Source: an uncultured archaeon
GTDB taxonomy: Archaea > Aenigmatarchaeota > Aenigmatarchaeia > Aenigmatarchaeales > Aenigmatarchaeaceae
DNA: 55,310 bases
Direction: 5' to 3'
NCBI GenBank assembly: GCA_964353745.1
Contig: CAYGWD010000003.1
Location: 1 to 55,310, forward strand
In this document: positions 8,528 to 17,920 of the stretch, one piece after another
How the letters are laid out: every line of letters starts with the position of its first letter
Numbering within the stretch: the first letter of the stretch is position 1
Notes under the pieces: model-generated
Told to the model about the DNA's origin: nothing
Databases searched by the model: none
What the model saw: the letters and a program-made list of their open reading frames with translations, nothing else
Position numbers and translations under genes: made by a program

Positions 8528-11500
8528 TGCTAAATCAGGACAGAGCCAGTTATTGATTCCTGTAATCATAATTCTAAGTTCTATATTAGCTCTGGCAGCG
8601 AACACAACCATAAACGCTTTGAATTCAACTTCGAATGGTTCAACCATAACAGGAAATATGATAGGCATACCGCAGACAATAGAGCAAAGCTTTCCAATAG
8701 AAGTATGGGCTAACACTTCTATAAGACTAGAAATAGAAGAAAGTCTGGTCAGAGCTACTTTGTTATTAGACAATGGGACTTTGCTTGAAAACCAGCAAAT
8801 AGACCTTTACGTTAATAACACGGTGTGGGGTTCTGGTTTAACTAATACTGAAGGATTTGTTAATTTTCCTGTTAGTGAAAAAGGTGTTGTAAAGGCTAGG
8901 TTTAACGGTGGTGATTTTCTTAATCCTTCTGAGAATCAGATTGATGCCAAAAAATTTGAATCAAGGAAAGTAAATGTTTTATTCGAAGAATTAAAACAGG
9001 GCAGGGCTATAATAGGTGAGCCTGTCAAATGGACAAAGAAGATAAGAATTAAAAATGAGTTGAATCAAAAGACATTTTTTGATGCTTCAGATTTCGTTCC
9101 TAAAGATGCTTTTAACGCCTCATTATCTGGTGGAATCTTAAACGATACTTTTTCGGAAAAAACCAAAGCCTTGGAAGTAGATGAAACTAAGGAATATATT
9201 ATAGAATATTTTACAGAAGCTCCGAAAACCTTTGAAGAAATAATAAACAAGTACAAGAAACTAGTAACCGTGAGTTCGGATATTAATTATAGCGACATAA
9301 CAACTTATACAGACATTGAAGAAGCAAAACAGGAATCAATAAGACTTTACTGGTTTGTTGATAGTAAAAAAATTGATGTTACTCATGATCCATCAATAAA
9401 CCTTACTTTCATTGACACGAACAATGATGATCTGATTGATAGGCTTAAGTGGATAACGCCTCATACTTCTAATCAAACATTTGAAGTAACTATTACAGTG
9501 TTAAATGTTCATACTGTTGTTAAAAACTATGAGAATTGGACAGTTGCTTTTGATACAACAGGCCAGGCAGATTTGATAATTAATTCTACTAATGCCAAAT
9601 GGACTGAATTCTTAACAGATGATGCTTTAACACAAGATGAGATGAAGTTCTTGGAGATAAGCTGCGGCAACAATTCCTTGAAAAGCTCTTTGGAATTAGT
9701 GGATGAGAATGATAATTATTATAATTATTCAGAGCTTGAGGGAGATTCGATAAAAATCAAAAAACTCTTGATAAGAAATTATAGTTGCGATGAAACAGGT
9801 TATTTAATAAATAATATGTTTATTGCAGGTTATGCGACATTACAATTTACATTCGGTGATCTAACAGCTCTTGCTTATGATGACCCTGGTAATTTAGTAT
9901 GTACTGCTGTTAGTGGAGCTTGTCCAACATCATCAACTGATTGTAATGGAGCTGGTGCTACATGCAATTATCCTACATGTGTCTGCAATGTCACAACAAA
10001 TCAAACAATTGATGCTAATGCAAAATATAATTTTAAATCATTGATAATTCCTTCTACAATTGTTGTTAAAGTAAGTATAAATGCAAGCGGTGGAAGTGGT
10101 GGTTCTGGAGGTGTTGCACCTGGCGGTGGGCAAGGAAATGGTACAAACGGAACTGCTGGCTATTGGGGTTATGGAGGAATAAGTGGATATGGTGGAAACG
10201 GTGGAAGCTCTAATTCTACTCATGGAATAAGAGGATATAACAATATAAGTTCTGGTAGTGGTGGAGGAGGTGGTGGTGGTAAAGCAGGTGATTATATAGG
10301 CTTCAATGGTGGTGCTGGCGGGAATGGGGGAAATGGTGGCGGTTATGTTATTTTCAATGCAACCAATTTCATAAATATTTCTGGAACTTTAAATGCAAAT
10401 GCTACAAATGGAGTTGCGGGTTCAGTTGGGCTTAATTGTGATTCCGCAAATCATTTATGCGGTTCTGGTGGAGGAGGTGGTGGTGGAGGCGGTGGAGGTG
10501 GAATTTCTTTAATTGCTTATACTGTAAATATCACTGGAATTTTGAATGTAAGTGGTGGCAATGGAGTGAATGGAGGGGATGGAGGTGAATGCATAGCAAC
10601 TTGGTCAGGTACTGACGGATCTGGAGGAAATGGCGGGAATGGAGGAAATGGCGGATTTATTAACATCTCTGCTTCTTACATTTATAACACATCTACAATT
10701 GATATTAATGGAGGAAGTGGTGGAGGCGGTGGAACCGGCGGCAGTTATTGCACTGGCACGGATGGAACAAATGGCAGTAGTGGTTCTTCTGGATCATCTG
10801 GAGTTATTGCACTTTTAGCAGTAACACCATTACAACCTGCAAACGCAAGCACTATTTACACAACAACTGTAGACTTGAATCTTACAGTTAATTCTTCTAA
10901 GGCTATTAGCATTCCTACTAGAGTTTATGTAGATGGTGTTTCAAAATGTTATAATAATTCTCTTCCAAACGGAACTTTATGGAATTGCACTGTTAGTGGA
11001 TTGTCTTACGAAACTCACACTTGGTTTGTCGCAGCTTACACTACTTATATAGCCTATAATTCTACTCCTTTTCAATTTACCGTGGCAGACAATGTACCGC
11101 CTACCTACTCTAACAGTGCAACAAATACAACTAATGCAGGTAGCCCCTGTGGTTTTAATTTAACATGGAATGATAATGTTGGTTTAAATTCAGGAGGTAA
11201 ATATATTTTCTCATCAAACAATTCTGGCTATTGGAAAAATTACACTGCACCTTTGCAAACACCAAATATATTTTACAATTTTGGCTATAATTCCACATAT
11301 TCAACAACAAATAGCAATCCTGATAGTGCAACTAATTCCATAACAGATTATTATTATAATAGAGCAAATGTTTCAGATAATAATAGATTTGATTTTACTG
11401 CATCATTAAAAGCAAGTGCACCAGCAGGAAGTGAAAATTTTACTCACTACAAGTTTATCTTTAATCTTTCTGATTATATTATTGAAAATATTTCAAGAAT

Positions 11501-14500
11501 ATGTTATAATGTTGAAGGATATTATATTCTAAATGGTGCTGCAGATGGATATGCATATATTCAAATTAAAAATATGACTACTGGCTCTTGGACAGGTTCG
11601 ACTAATTTAGGTACAAGTGAATCTATTACATCTAAATGTTATTCTTCTAATGATTTTACAAAAACAGGCCTTATAAACACAACAGACAATTCAACGTATC
11701 TATCAATATCATCAGAAATATATTGTATTGGTCCTGGTGCTTGTACTGTTATTCCTCCATATACTATAGTTTATGTAGATTATGTAGAAATAAACATAAC
11801 AACAAATCAAACTAATTTTACTTCAACGCCTCAAACTATAAGTTATGGTTTAGTTTTAAATCCAACAATCGGAACAAAAGTAGGTTGGTGCTATTATGCA
11901 TCTGACAATTCTAGCAATTGGAATGGAACGAACTGTCAGAATGATAATACGTATTTCTATGTGACTACAAGTGATGCTACACCGCCAACCTATACGAACA
12001 ACGCATCCTCTACTATATCCACTTATACACCTACCGGCTATTCTAACTTCTCGATAACATGGAACGATAACTCTGGCTCATTGGCAGGTGCTTATTTGGA
12101 GAACAACTTCTCGGTTACGCTTACGAACACTAGTATGACTGGCAGCCTTACATCATTACCCCAGACGTTTTATTACAATACAACACCACTGACAGCAGGA
12201 ACATATCGATACAGGTTCGTAGCTAACGACTCCTCTGGCAATACCAATGTCACTCCTGTATTAACATTCACAATAGCTCAAGCAACAACAACAGCTACGT
12301 TATATCTGAATAACAGCCAAACTGGACAGACGTCAACGTACCCCAACTCAACCATCAATGCCACTGCTACATCAAGTGTTGCTGGTCTGTATGTCCGGAT
12401 ATGGAGGAACGGAACGCTGATTGACAATGTTACGAGCACGTCGTGGAATGTTTCTCAGTGGGGAGCCTATAATAATAACTTCACTGCTCAGGTCTTAGGC
12501 AACGAGAACTATTCGAACAGTGCGTTGGTTACGTTGTGGTGGAACGTGAGCAAGGGTCCTACAAGCGTATCATTGTATTTGAATGGAACTCAAAATAACA
12601 ATAGTTACGTCCAAAATAATATTGCTAACTTCACTGCTGTTGTTAACGTTAGTGGCAAGACTGTTTACTTGGATTCCAATTACACTGGTTGGTTATTGCA
12701 ATCTGGTACAACATCAATAGTTAATTATACCAGCCTGAGCACAGCAGGTAATTTTTGGAACCTGACAGGCTACTTTAGTGGCGATGAGAACTACTCTGCT
12801 TCATCAAAAACGTATTGGTTTAATGTAAATGAGACGACGCCACCTACCTATTTTCTAAATTCAACTAATTCAACAGGTGCAGGAACTCTAATTGAATTTA
12901 GATTAAATTGGTCAGATAATACTGCATTAAGCAAAGCAATAACAAGTTTATGGAATGGAACTAGCTGGGTAAATGCATCGGATTGGTGTTCTTTGTCTAC
13001 AAATCCCAGTTGGTGCAACCAAACTTTAGTTGTAAACTCCACGCCTCAACAATTATGGTGGAAGCAGTATGCTAATGATACTTTTGGTAATTGGAATACG
13101 TCTGAAAATTTTAGTCTTTTAACAACACCGCCAACTTTAGCAATAACAATTCAAAGTCCTTTAAATCAAACTTACAATAAAAAATGGGTCTGGTCAAATG
13201 TTACTTTAAGTCAAGTAGGCTCATGGTGCGGAGTTAGCTTAAACTCAACTGCTAACCAGACTTTGTCTAACAGTTCCACAACAAATTGGTATTTGAATTT
13301 GACTGCTCCATCAGAAGGACCTAACAATGTAAAATTCTACTGTAATGATACTTCTGGAAATATGTCTTCCAGCAATACTGTCTACTTCACAGTTGACACG
13401 ACACCGCCAACTTATTCAAACAACGTAACAAACGATACGACAGCAGGAAAGCCTGTCCAGTTCAACCTGACGATGAATGACACTTTGGCACTACATCCTA
13501 ACGGACAATATATATTCGGTTTGGACAATTGCACAGGCTCTTTTGTCAATGATTCTGCTGTTAACTTCACTTCTACACCACAAACCATATCAGTGGTTAA
13601 AACGATCAACTCCACTGTCGGCTGCACGATAAGATGGTATTTCAACTTCTCAGATAATGTTAGCAACTGGAATAATAGTTTAGTTTCGAATCCATTTACC
13701 TTTACAACAATATCTGACTATCCTCAGTATTCCTTGAATTCGACAAATGGAACAGCAGCGGGAACACCCATCTCCCATAACTTGTACTGGACTGACAACT
13801 ATGGTCTGTCAGGATATATCTTCTCATTCATTAACGGAACAAATGGAACAACAACATACAATTTTAGTGATACAGCAAACAACAAAGCTTATAATAACTC
13901 TGTTACGACAGAACCGCCTACAAGTTTGACACCGGCAGGCGAGGAGGAGTTCTCATCAGGAGCATATACAAACATATCAACATCAGACAATAGCTATTTT
14001 GAGACGAGCAACACAACTTCTTATTCTTACCATAAATTCAACATAACGATAAATGAATCCATTAACTCTTTAACGCAGATAAACGTAAGCTGGGAAGGCC
14101 ATACGACTTCTACTGGAACAGCTAATCTTTACGTTTATAATTTCACAGCAGGAAGCTGGGGCTCTCCCCTCGCTTCTAATACGGGAGCAACTGATTTCTG
14201 GTTGAACAAGTCCTTCACTTCTGGATTCAGCGATTTAATCACTTCTGGTAGAATAAGTGTCCTAGTTCAAGACCCTTCAACAATTTGGACACAAGGCAAT
14301 ATCTCCAATTGCACACAGGGAGTTGGTTATTCTTGTAATGTCACCCAATCTTCTACTGTTAGTAGTGCTACAAACTTTACATTCGATAATTTAGTTGTTC
14401 AACCAGGAGTAACTATCACTATTCAGAACAGGACATGGTTCAACATCACGACCTTGAACACTTCTGGTTCAATTGGATGGATTAATATTTCTGGGACTAT

Positions 14501-16538
14501 CAATGGTAATGGTGCGAGTGCTACGGCACAGGCGGGAGCAACAGGAGGCTCTAATGGAGGTACTGGTGGGGCAGTCGGTGGAAATGGTGCAAATGGTTCT
14601 GCTGATATTAATGAAATCTGGGAAGGAAGTCTGGGTACGAATGCATCCGGAGGAAAATATACTACAAACGGATATGGAATAGGCGGAGGTGCTGGTTCTG
14701 GTGGTGCAGGAGGAAATGGCTGTTATTTTGGTGGTGGTTATAGTTTTGAGTCTGGTGGCGGAGGTGGTGGGTTCTATGGTGGTGCAGGAGGAGGGTCTGG
14801 TAGTGGACCCACTGCGGGTTCTGGAGGTGGGGGTTCTGGTTATCCAATCAAATTTACAGCATATTATTTCTACCTGCTTTCTGGAGGTTCTGTAACTGCA
14901 ACTGGAGGAACTGGTGGCACACCGACAACGGCAGGGACAGGTGGTGGTGGTGGAGGAGGAAATATTGTATTTAACATTACTGTTTTCAACACAACATCCT
15001 CAAACCAGATAACCGCAAATGGTGGGAACGGAGGAGTAGGAGACGGTAGTTCAGCAGGTGGTGGAGGCGGTGGTGGAGGTTATATTCATATTTATTATAA
15101 TTCAAACAACAGTGGAAGCATAACTGCCTCACTTGGAACTGGTGGAAATGGTGGTTATTGCACTGGTTCTAATGGAAACGCAGGAGTAATCAGCTGGACT
15201 TCGCAAAATGCATTCCCACAGGGGGAATCAGAAAGCAAAGTCTCAACAGACTACATAGAAGTCAAGGTAATAAATTCAGGCTGGGTAAATGATACTTGGG
15301 TTTCAATGACAGGAACAGGCAATTGGTCTAACGTGACCAAAGTAGTCAACTCAACATTAAATGCCACAATAAGATGGTGTGTCTATGCCAACGATAGTTC
15401 TAACAATTGGAATGGAACTTCATGTTCTAATCCGTTTACTTATAACACAACTGATAATACACCTCCACAATGGGTTGTTAATAGCAACTCGACTAATACA
15501 ACTGTTGCAGGTGCACCAGCTAACTTCACTCTAAACTGGACAGACAATGGTCAGTTAGCTGGATATATCTTTTCTACGAACAATACGGGAACGTGGAGGA
15601 ATTCATCGTATGTTAGTTTCTCAGGTACTCAGAACATTTCTTGGAATGTTACTACTCTTAATACTACTGTTGGATTAAAAGTATCTTGGTGCTTCTATGC
15701 TAACGACACTTATGGGAATATGAATGCTACAAACTGCCAGAATGGCAAATGGTTTAACTTGACTACAATTGATGGAACACCGCCACAATGGGTCGCTGGA
15801 AGTAATTCAACCAACACGACTTTGGCTGGACAACCAGCTAACTTCACCTTGAACTGGACAGACAATTATCAACTAGCAGGCTACATATTCTCCACGAACA
15901 ATACGGGAACGTGGATTAATTCGTCATATGTAACATTTAGTGGTGTGACCAACACGTCATGGAACGTTACTGTGCTGAACTCGACTGTTGGTAGTGTCGT
16001 ATCATGGTGCTTCTATGCGAACGATACCTATGGAAATATGAATGCTACTAACTGTCTGTCAGCTAATTGGTTCTTATTGAATACAAGTATGGATGTCTCA
16101 TTCAAAGTGACAATACCAAATAACTCAATAACATTCTCTTCAGGATCAGGAAATGCAACTCCTCCTGAGGATATAAATGCTACATCAACAACTATTGCAA
16201 ATGTCAATCCTTGCGTAAGAGGAACAGGCACGTGCCAGAGTGCGTCTGTAGCTAACTTCAGAATAAACAACACTGGCAATGTCAATGAGAACATAACCAT
16301 GTGCATTAATGAAAGCCTAGCCTCTTCAAAAATGGTATTGTTTGGTACGCTAATCAATGATCCTTATAATAATCCTACTAATATTACAAACTGCTCATTA
16401 GGTGGTTGGATCGCTAACTCATCCTTACCTATAGGTGCTTCAGACGAATTTTGGATATGGACCAACTTTACAGGCGTTGCTGTAGGCGACGACACCCAAA
16501 GAACGCTGTACATAAACGCTACGCAGTCGGGAGCGTAA
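8517..16538 (+). CDS. Giant (2673 aa) secreted surface glycoprotein/adhesin: repeated Ig-like modules, two jelly-roll-like inserts, two glycine-rich domains, C-terminal filament-subunit-like domain; no C-terminal membrane anchor
   Basis: Uninterrupted 8 kb ORF, N-terminal signal, very dense N-x-S/T sequons, recurring D..PP.Y..N.TN.T.AG....F...W.DN..L.GYIFS....W..YAND..GN.N modules, polyGly tracts. Confidence 0.88.
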   Translation: MKSSAKSGQSQLLIPVIIILSSILALAANTTINALNSTSNGSTITGNMIGIPQTIEQSFPIEVWANTSIRLEIEESLVRATLLLDNGTLLENQQIDLYVNNTVWGSGLTNTEGFVNFPVSEKGVVKARFNGGDFLNPSENQIDAKKFESRKVNVLFEELKQGRAIIGEPVKWTKKIRIKNELNQKTFFDASDFVPKDAFNASLSGGILNDTFSEKTKALEVDETKEYIIEYFTEAPKTFEEIINKYKKLVTVSSDINYSDITTYTDIEEAKQESIRLYWFVDSKKIDVTHDPSINLTFIDTNNDDLIDRLKWITPHTSNQTFEVTITVLNVHTVVKNYENWTVAFDTTGQADLIINSTNAKWTEFLTDDALTQDEMKFLEISCGNNSLKSSLELVDENDNYYNYSELEGDSIKIKKLLIRNYSCDETGYLINNMFIAGYATLQFTFGDLTALAYDDPGNLVCTAVSGACPTSSTDCNGAGATCNYPTCVCNVTTNQTIDANAKYNFKSLIIPSTIVVKVSINASGGSGGSGGVAPGGGQGNGTNGTAGYWGYGGISGYGGNGGSSNSTHGIRGYNNISSGSGGGGGGGKAGDYIGFNGGAGGNGGNGGGYVIFNATNFINISGTLNANATNGVAGSVGLNCDSANHLCGSGGGGGGGGGGGGISLIAYTVNITGILNVSGGNGVNGGDGGECIATWSGTDGSGGNGGNGGNGGFINISASYIYNTSTIDINGGSGGGGGTGGSYCTGTDGTNGSSGSSGSSGVIALLAVTPLQPANASTIYTTTVDLNLTVNSSKAISIPTRVYVDGVSKCYNNSLPNGTLWNCTVSGLSYETHTWFVAAYTTYIAYNSTPFQFTVADNVPPTYSNSATNTTNAGSPCGFNLTWNDNVGLNSGGKYIFSSNNSGYWKNYTAPLQTPNIFYNFGYNSTYSTTNSNPDSATNSITDYYYNRANVSDNNRFDFTASLKASAPAGSENFTHYKFIFNLSDYIIENISRICYNVEGYYILNGAADGYAYIQIKNMTTGSWTGSTNLGTSESITSKCYSSNDFTKTGLINTTDNSTYLSISSEIYCIGPGACTVIPPYTIVYVDYVEINITTNQTNFTSTPQTISYGLVLNPTIGTKVGWCYYASDNSSNWNGTNCQNDNTYFYVTTSDATPPTYTNNASSTISTYTPTGYSNFSITWNDNSGSLAGAYLENNFSVTLTNTSMTGSLTSLPQTFYYNTTPLTAGTYRYRFVANDSSGNTNVTPVLTFTIAQATTTATLYLNNSQTGQTSTYPNSTINATATSSVAGLYVRIWRNGTLIDNVTSTSWNVSQWGAYNNNFTAQVLGNENYSNSALVTLWWNVSKGPTSVSLYLNGTQNNNSYVQNNIANFTAVVNVSGKTVYLDSNYTGWLLQSGTTSIVNYTSLSTAGNFWNLTGYFSGDENYSASSKTYWFNVNETTPPTYFLNSTNSTGAGTLIEFRLNWSDNTALSKAITSLWNGTSWVNASDWCSLSTNPSWCNQTLVVNSTPQQLWWKQYANDTFGNWNTSENFSLLTTPPTLAITIQSPLNQTYNKKWVWSNVTLSQVGSWCGVSLNSTANQTLSNSSTTNWYLNLTAPSEGPNNVKFYCNDTSGNMSSSNTVYFTVDTTPPTYSNNVTNDTTAGKPVQFNLTMNDTLALHPNGQYIFGLDNCTGSFVNDSAVNFTSTPQTISVVKTINSTVGCTIRWYFNFSDNVSNWNNSLVSNPFTFTTISDYPQYSLNSTNGTAAGTPISHNLYWTDNYGLSGYIFSFINGTNGTTTYNFSDTANNKAYNNSVTTEPPTSLTPAGEEEFSSGAYTNISTSDNSYFETSNTTSYSYHKFNITINESINSLTQINVSWEGHTTSTGTANLYVYNFTAGSWGSPLASNTGATDFWLNKSFTSGFSDLITSGRISVLVQDPSTIWTQGNISNCTQGVGYSCNVTQSSTVSSATNFTFDNLVVQPGVTITIQNRTWFNITTLNTSGSIGWINISGTINGNGASATAQAGATGGSNGGTGGAVGGNGANGSADINEIWEGSLGTNASGGKYTTNGYGIGGGAGSGGAGGNGCYFGGGYSFESGGGGGGFYGGAGGGSGSGPTAGSGGGGSGYPIKFTAYYFYLLSGGSVTATGGTGGTPTTAGTGGGGGGGNIVFNITVFNTTSSNQITANGGNGGVGDGSSAGGGGGGGGYIHIYYNSNNSGSITASLGTGGNGGYCTGSNGNAGVISWTSQNAFPQGESESKVSTDYIEVKVINSGWVNDTWVSMTGTGNWSNVTKVVNSTLNATIRWCVYANDSSNNWNGTSCSNPFTYNTTDNTPPQWVVNSNSTNTTVAGAPANFTLNWTDNGQLAGYIFSTNNTGTWRNSSYVSFSGTQNISWNVTTLNTTVGLKVSWCFYANDTYGNMNATNCQNGKWFNLTTIDGTPPQWVAGSNSTNTTLAGQPANFTLNWTDNYQLAGYIFSTNNTGTWINSSYVTFSGVTNTSWNVTVLNSTVGSVVSWCFYANDTYGNMNATNCLSANWFLLNTSMDVSFKVTIPNNSITFSSGSGNATPPEDINATSTTIANVNPCVRGTGTCQSASVANFRINNTGNVNENITMCINESLASSKMVLFGTLINDPYNNPTNITNCSLGGWIANSSLPIGASDEFWIWTNFTGVAVGDDTQRTLYINATQSGA
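15453..16088 (+). repeat. Tandem duplication of a 318-bp (106-aa) Ig-like module within the giant gene
   Basis: Units start at 15453 (DNTPPQWVVNSNSTNTTVAG) and 15771 (DGTPPQWVAGSNSTNTTLAG); shared stretches such as acgaacaatacgggaacgtgga; many differences are synonymous. Confidence 0.9.
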
Positions 16539-16545
16539 ACTATAT

Positions 16546-17142
16546 ATGGAAGAAATACTTATAAATAAAAGTGAAAAAATTATGAAAGACGAGGAAAAAA
16601 TTGCTAAAAAAAGTTCTAAAAAATTGATAATAGTGATTGCAGTTATTATAGTGATAGCGGCAATAGCATTTGGATTCTACAGTGGTATCTTTTCTCTGCC
16701 AACAGGCCTAGTAGTAGGAGGAACAAGCGCAGCAGGAAATCAAAAGAGCACTAATGAAAATCCAGCATCTCAACCGTCATCTGTTCAACAACCTATTTTT
16801 ACTACAACTGGAACAGAGGTTATGACAAAAGATGTGACAGAAAATCTTCCATATTATGAATCTTTAGATTTGGAATCTGGAAGATATTCCCTACAAGTTG
16901 CAACAGATAAACCAGTTTGGATAAGACTTTATGACCAATTACATTTTGATGAATGGAAAAATGACGGAAATCATGGAAAAGTAGTGATTGGAACAAATTT
17001 AGATGAGAAAAGCAAAACGGATAATTTTAACAAGAATTTTGATATAAGCCCGGGCAACGGCGGAAAACACTACTTATTGATTTTTGGAAATAATGAAAAA
17101 ATCTCAATAAAATTTATAATAAAACAAATTTTTAAAACTTAA
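16546..17142 (+). CDS. Single-pass membrane protein with extracellular beta-sandwich domain
   Basis: Basic N-terminus, TM LIIVIAVIIVIAAIAFGF, S/Q/P linker, beta-rich C-terminal domain. Confidence 0.75.
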   Translation: MEEILINKSEKIMKDEEKIAKKSSKKLIIVIAVIIVIAAIAFGFYSGIFSLPTGLVVGGTSAAGNQKSTNENPASQPSSVQQPIFTTTGTEVMTKDVTENLPYYESLDLESGRYSLQVATDKPVWIRLYDQLHFDEWKNDGNHGKVVIGTNLDEKSKTDNFNKNFDISPGNGGKHYLLIFGNNEKISIKFIIKQIFKT

Positions 17143-17160
17143 AAATAGGAGGAATTCAAA

Positions 17161-17742
17161 ATGAGAAAAACAAAGATACTAACATTTATAACCATTATAC
17201 TGATAGGAATAACACTATCGTGCATACCAGCGCTAGCAGCAAGTCTAGAATATACGAGAACAACTTTATACTTCATTGTTGAATCAGCTAATGAGGTGTC
17301 TGTCTTTCTAGTCAATGAAGGTACTGGAACTATATCATCAGGAAGTGGACAGGACTCAACTAACACTCTAAACTTTACATGCCCTGCTACAGATTGTGCA
17401 TGGAAGAATGTAAGCATATCAACTGGTGCAACGCAAACTGATACTACGCCAGGTATTACCATAAGGGATACAGGAACCTCACCTGTTGGAATAAACATTT
17501 CAGTGAACACTTCTCTTCCTACAGGTACAATACCCGCTAGCTGTTTAGATTTAAGATATTCAAACAACACATACGACAGTACGCCGGCAGATGCACCAGC
17601 AGCAGATTTAATCACAACAAATGTGACTCTAGGCAATCTAACGGCAACAGCACAATTTAGCGTCTGGCTATATGGTAACTTTACTGGTTGCCAAGTTCAA
17701 ACAACCCCATTGGCGTTTTATGTTTGGGCGTACTTTTGGTAA
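17161..17742 (+). CDS. Secreted beta-rich protein homologous to the C-terminal domain of the giant protein; putative filament subunit
   Basis: Strong RBS AGGAGG; signal peptide ending ALA-AS; shared SSGSG, Q..I..TG...NI..N.SL and W...NFTG motifs with giant C-terminus. Confidence 0.78.
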   Translation: MRKTKILTFITIILIGITLSCIPALAASLEYTRTTLYFIVESANEVSVFLVNEGTGTISSGSGQDSTNTLNFTCPATDCAWKNVSISTGATQTDTTPGITIRDTGTSPVGINISVNTSLPTGTIPASCLDLRYSNNTYDSTPADAPAADLITTNVTLGNLTATAQFSVWLYGNFTGCQVQTTPLAFYVWAYFW

Positions 17743-17761
17743 TAGATAATAGGTGAAATAA

Positions 17762-17911
17762 ATGAAAAAAATGGTTAGCATAGTTTTTACTATAGATGAT
17801 AATCTAGACGAGATGGAAATCATAAAAAACGTTAAGAAGTTTCTTAAAGAAGAGTTTCTAATAGACGATTTAGGACATCATGTGAAACCGATATTAAATC
17901 GACAATATTAA
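17762..17911 (+). CDS. Small hypothetical protein (49 aa)
   Basis: RBS AGGTGA upstream; MKKMVSIVFTIDDNLDEMEIIKNVKKFLKEEFLIDDLGHHVKPILNRQY; fills the gap between co-oriented genes; below ORF-track cutoff. Confidence 0.5.
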   Translation: MKKMVSIVFTIDDNLDEMEIIKNVKKFLKEEFLIDDLGHHVKPILNRQY

Positions 17912-17920
17912 AAAATAGAG

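Noticed and set aside
15453-16088. Possible DGR template/variable repeat pair
   Set aside because: Both copies are in frame within one ORF, mismatches are not adenine-specific and often synonymous, and no reverse transcriptase is present; ordinary domain duplication
17139-17636. 165-aa minus-strand ORF
   Set aside because: Antisense shadow of the 193-aa secreted protein, which has an RBS, a signal peptide and internal homology
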